DNA of 64,000 nucleotides from Rhodosorus marinus CCMP1338 (lineage: Eukaryota; Plantae; Rhodophyta), in assembly GCA_029953675.1 (NCBI GenBank), contig JAMWBK010000005.1, positions 3,038,001 through 3,102,000 on the forward strand, read 5' to 3'. This document shows, piece after piece, positions 61,873 through 64,000 of the stretch (positions are counted from its first letter, which is position 1; every line of letters starts with the position of its first letter). A program made the position numbers and the translations under genes. The notes under the pieces were generated by a model that was given only the letters and a program-made list of their open reading frames with translations, was not told where the DNA came from and did no database searches.

Positions 61873-63231
61873 CTAGTTTGTCTTCTTCTTCGCACGCCCT
61901 CCTGTGTTCAGCATTTTCTCATGCTCTTCTACCCATTGAGATTCAACGTTCTGTCGGGTACCCGTTTCCATACGGGCACGGCCTGATCGCTTGGAGTATA
62001 TCTCATAACCCTTATAGGCGCCGAATGCACCCAGCGCGAGGACAACAATGCCGATCACGATCAAAAGGAACGTCTGGTTGTCCATGGTGCCTTCGCCGGT
62101 GGTGAGCTCGACAGTCTGATTGAAGTAGGTGCTTCCATAGCTCGCCACGAGTGGCGCAGAGATAGCCTTCTTCTTCTCATAGAAAACGGTCAAAGCCATC
62201 TGATACTGTTTCGGTTCCAATCTCAAGAACGGGCGGAACTTGTAGATAACACTGAACTCGGACTTGGCCGGGATGGTCGCGTTAACAAGCGAGTACGAAA
62301 AGTTCTGCACGAATGAAGAGTAAAGATCGTGCTGGTTCAACGAGCCCATCACACCCCAAACGTGAATTCCCTCATCAAGACCATTGACGAAGGTCATCTG
62401 GGATTCGGTCTCCTTGCCCAGTGTGAGAGCTGCTCGCGATACGAGAAAAGGAGAAGATTCAGCAAATTTGTACCCAAATGTTGAAGTGGAGAGGTTTCCC
62501 TCTTTCCCGTCTTCGATTTCGCTTACCATTGTTGTTCTCGTTGCCGAGGGTGGAATAGACGGAAATTCCGGAAAGCGGTGGTGGGATATCGTTGAGCGGG
62601 TATCTCTGGGCAAACTCGTCATAACCCCTCTCAGGCTCGACATGTTCATCTTCATCGTCGTCTACTTCCGAGAGAACTTCTTCCAATACGTCGTCAGCTT
62701 CCTCAACTTCGACATCATCTCCCGACATCTTCACTTTGAACTTCATCTGGTCCTTCGGCGGCTTCCCTTTACCATCAAGATTCACATTAATCTTGACGTC
62801 TTCGTTCGACTCCACTTCTTCGTTCGAATCGACTTCGATCGGTTCGTCGCCTTCTTCGTCATCGTCGTAGGGTTCGTTAACGCCATTCAATCTATCTTCT
62901 TCTTCCATTCTTCTCATGAACTCTTGCTCGTATTCGTCGTCATCGTCGCCAAATAAAGCCTCCATCTCCTCAATGTCGATGCCTTGTTGGTTAACATATT
63001 CTGCCCCATCCATATCGTCTTCGTCCTCGTTCGCGCAAGCACCTTCAAAAGCAGAAGAAACAAGTTTTAACTTACCCGATCAGTTTTACCCCGGGTGGGG
63101 GGGTGGGGTGTGGGGGGCAACCAAGAACCAAGGGGCTTTTTGCGATAATACGAACCTCTGAGAACCATTGCAGAGAGGAAGAACACCGCGCCTAACAACC
63201 CAAGTAACAAAAACTTGCTCGATCTCGCCAT
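61873..63231 (-). CDS. SSR1: Translocon-associated protein alpha (TRAP-alpha/SSR1)
   Basis: Signal-peptide exon from 63231, a long acidic exon, intron 62526-62430, then 'QNFS', 'FNQTV', a TM helix, and the cytosolic 'ETGT....W' motif. Confidence 0.88.
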
Positions 63232-64000
63232 CGTCCAATATATATCTGTAGCTTCTCAGCAACAACAAGGACAACCCCTCAAAAATCTGTCTTCCTCTCC
63301 AATCTCCTCCTCAGAATGAATACAATATGATTCAAAAAAAAAAACCAGAAGTCCGCAGGAATCGATACCATTCACACCATCCTCCGAAGCAATCGCTAAT
63401 CGCACACCCAACCTCCCCCGCACCATAAAAGCCTAAGTCGATCAAGAAAATCAATCCACGCGCCGCCCTACAAAATCGCCAGAATTTCACTCTCTCCTTC
63501 CCCCCCAAACCCCCCCTTCTCCTTCCAGCTTCCGATACCCTTTTCGCATCACTAATACTCTATCCAATCTACCCCTCCCCAACTAACCAGCAATAGATAG
63601 ATATTCTCAAACTCCTAAATTAGAGCCCCCCAAATAACAAAGATAAAATATATATCTTATATTATCAAAATAATTTAGATCATTATAGTCTATGACTATA
63701 TGGCCGATATTTCTTTGAAATATCTTATTTAGAGAATATTTCAACTGGTTATAGTTTATTTTAATATTTTTCTCTCTGAACGCGAACCCCCCTCTATGCA
63801 AGTCTATTGGACCCCAACAGTCATTCCGTAAACAAAAAGCGGAGGGGGTCAATTCTTGAATCTGCAAATGGAACCTGTTGAAGGGGGTAGTTGCATTCAT
63901 GCCACCACTGAGATATCGGCCGGATGTAGTAGACAATGAAACTTGACTGAAATAGATTGAATATGGACAATATTGATTGTATTGAATCATTATAGACTGT

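Noticed and set aside
63607-63990. 127-aa AT-rich minus-strand ORF
   Set aside because: It lies in AT-rich intergenic DNA at the window edge with biased composition and no recognisable motif.

Overview
Gene-dense eukaryotic nuclear DNA, most likely from a red alga with a primary plastid. The evidence is short GT-AG introns of about 70-210 nt, plastid transit peptides starting M-x(1-8)-F-V with no ER signal peptide, and the presence of RHL1 and thylakoid-lumen proteins. Most genes had to be spliced together by hand from the ORF track. About 23 protein genes can be supported: mitochondrial rpL33, PAC2, calcineurin B, ataxin-10-like, two Tat-targeted PsbQ-like lumen proteins, glutathione reductase, TSG101/Vps23, STK19, a GT47 exostosin-type glycosyltransferase, RHL1, mitochondrial ACP, a PX-like/alpha-beta hydrolase fusion, a candidate OEP24/37-like beta-barrel, a membrane-anchored sulfotransferase, Sec61beta, a secreted orphan, a CPTP/ACD11-type lipid transfer protein, an RH39-like DEAD-box helicase, plastid FtsH, a TRF-like telobox protein, a plastid protein of probable cyanobacterial origin, and TRAP-alpha. 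There is also one tRNA-Ala(CGC). The most unusual structures are: (1) an intron-retaining inverted partial duplication of STK19 with an 84-nt deletion; (2) a TGA lying inside an in-frame 36-nt repeat tail of the GT47 gene; (3) a TGTCAT-terminal MITE-like family, two copies of which flank a 3.7-kb stretch carrying weak pogo-like DDE motifs; (4) a protein with TRF/Taz1-like architecture; (5) the putative outer-envelope beta-barrel. All family assignments come from remembered motifs and no database searches were run. Several intergenic stretches of about 50% GC look like decayed genes and remain unresolved.
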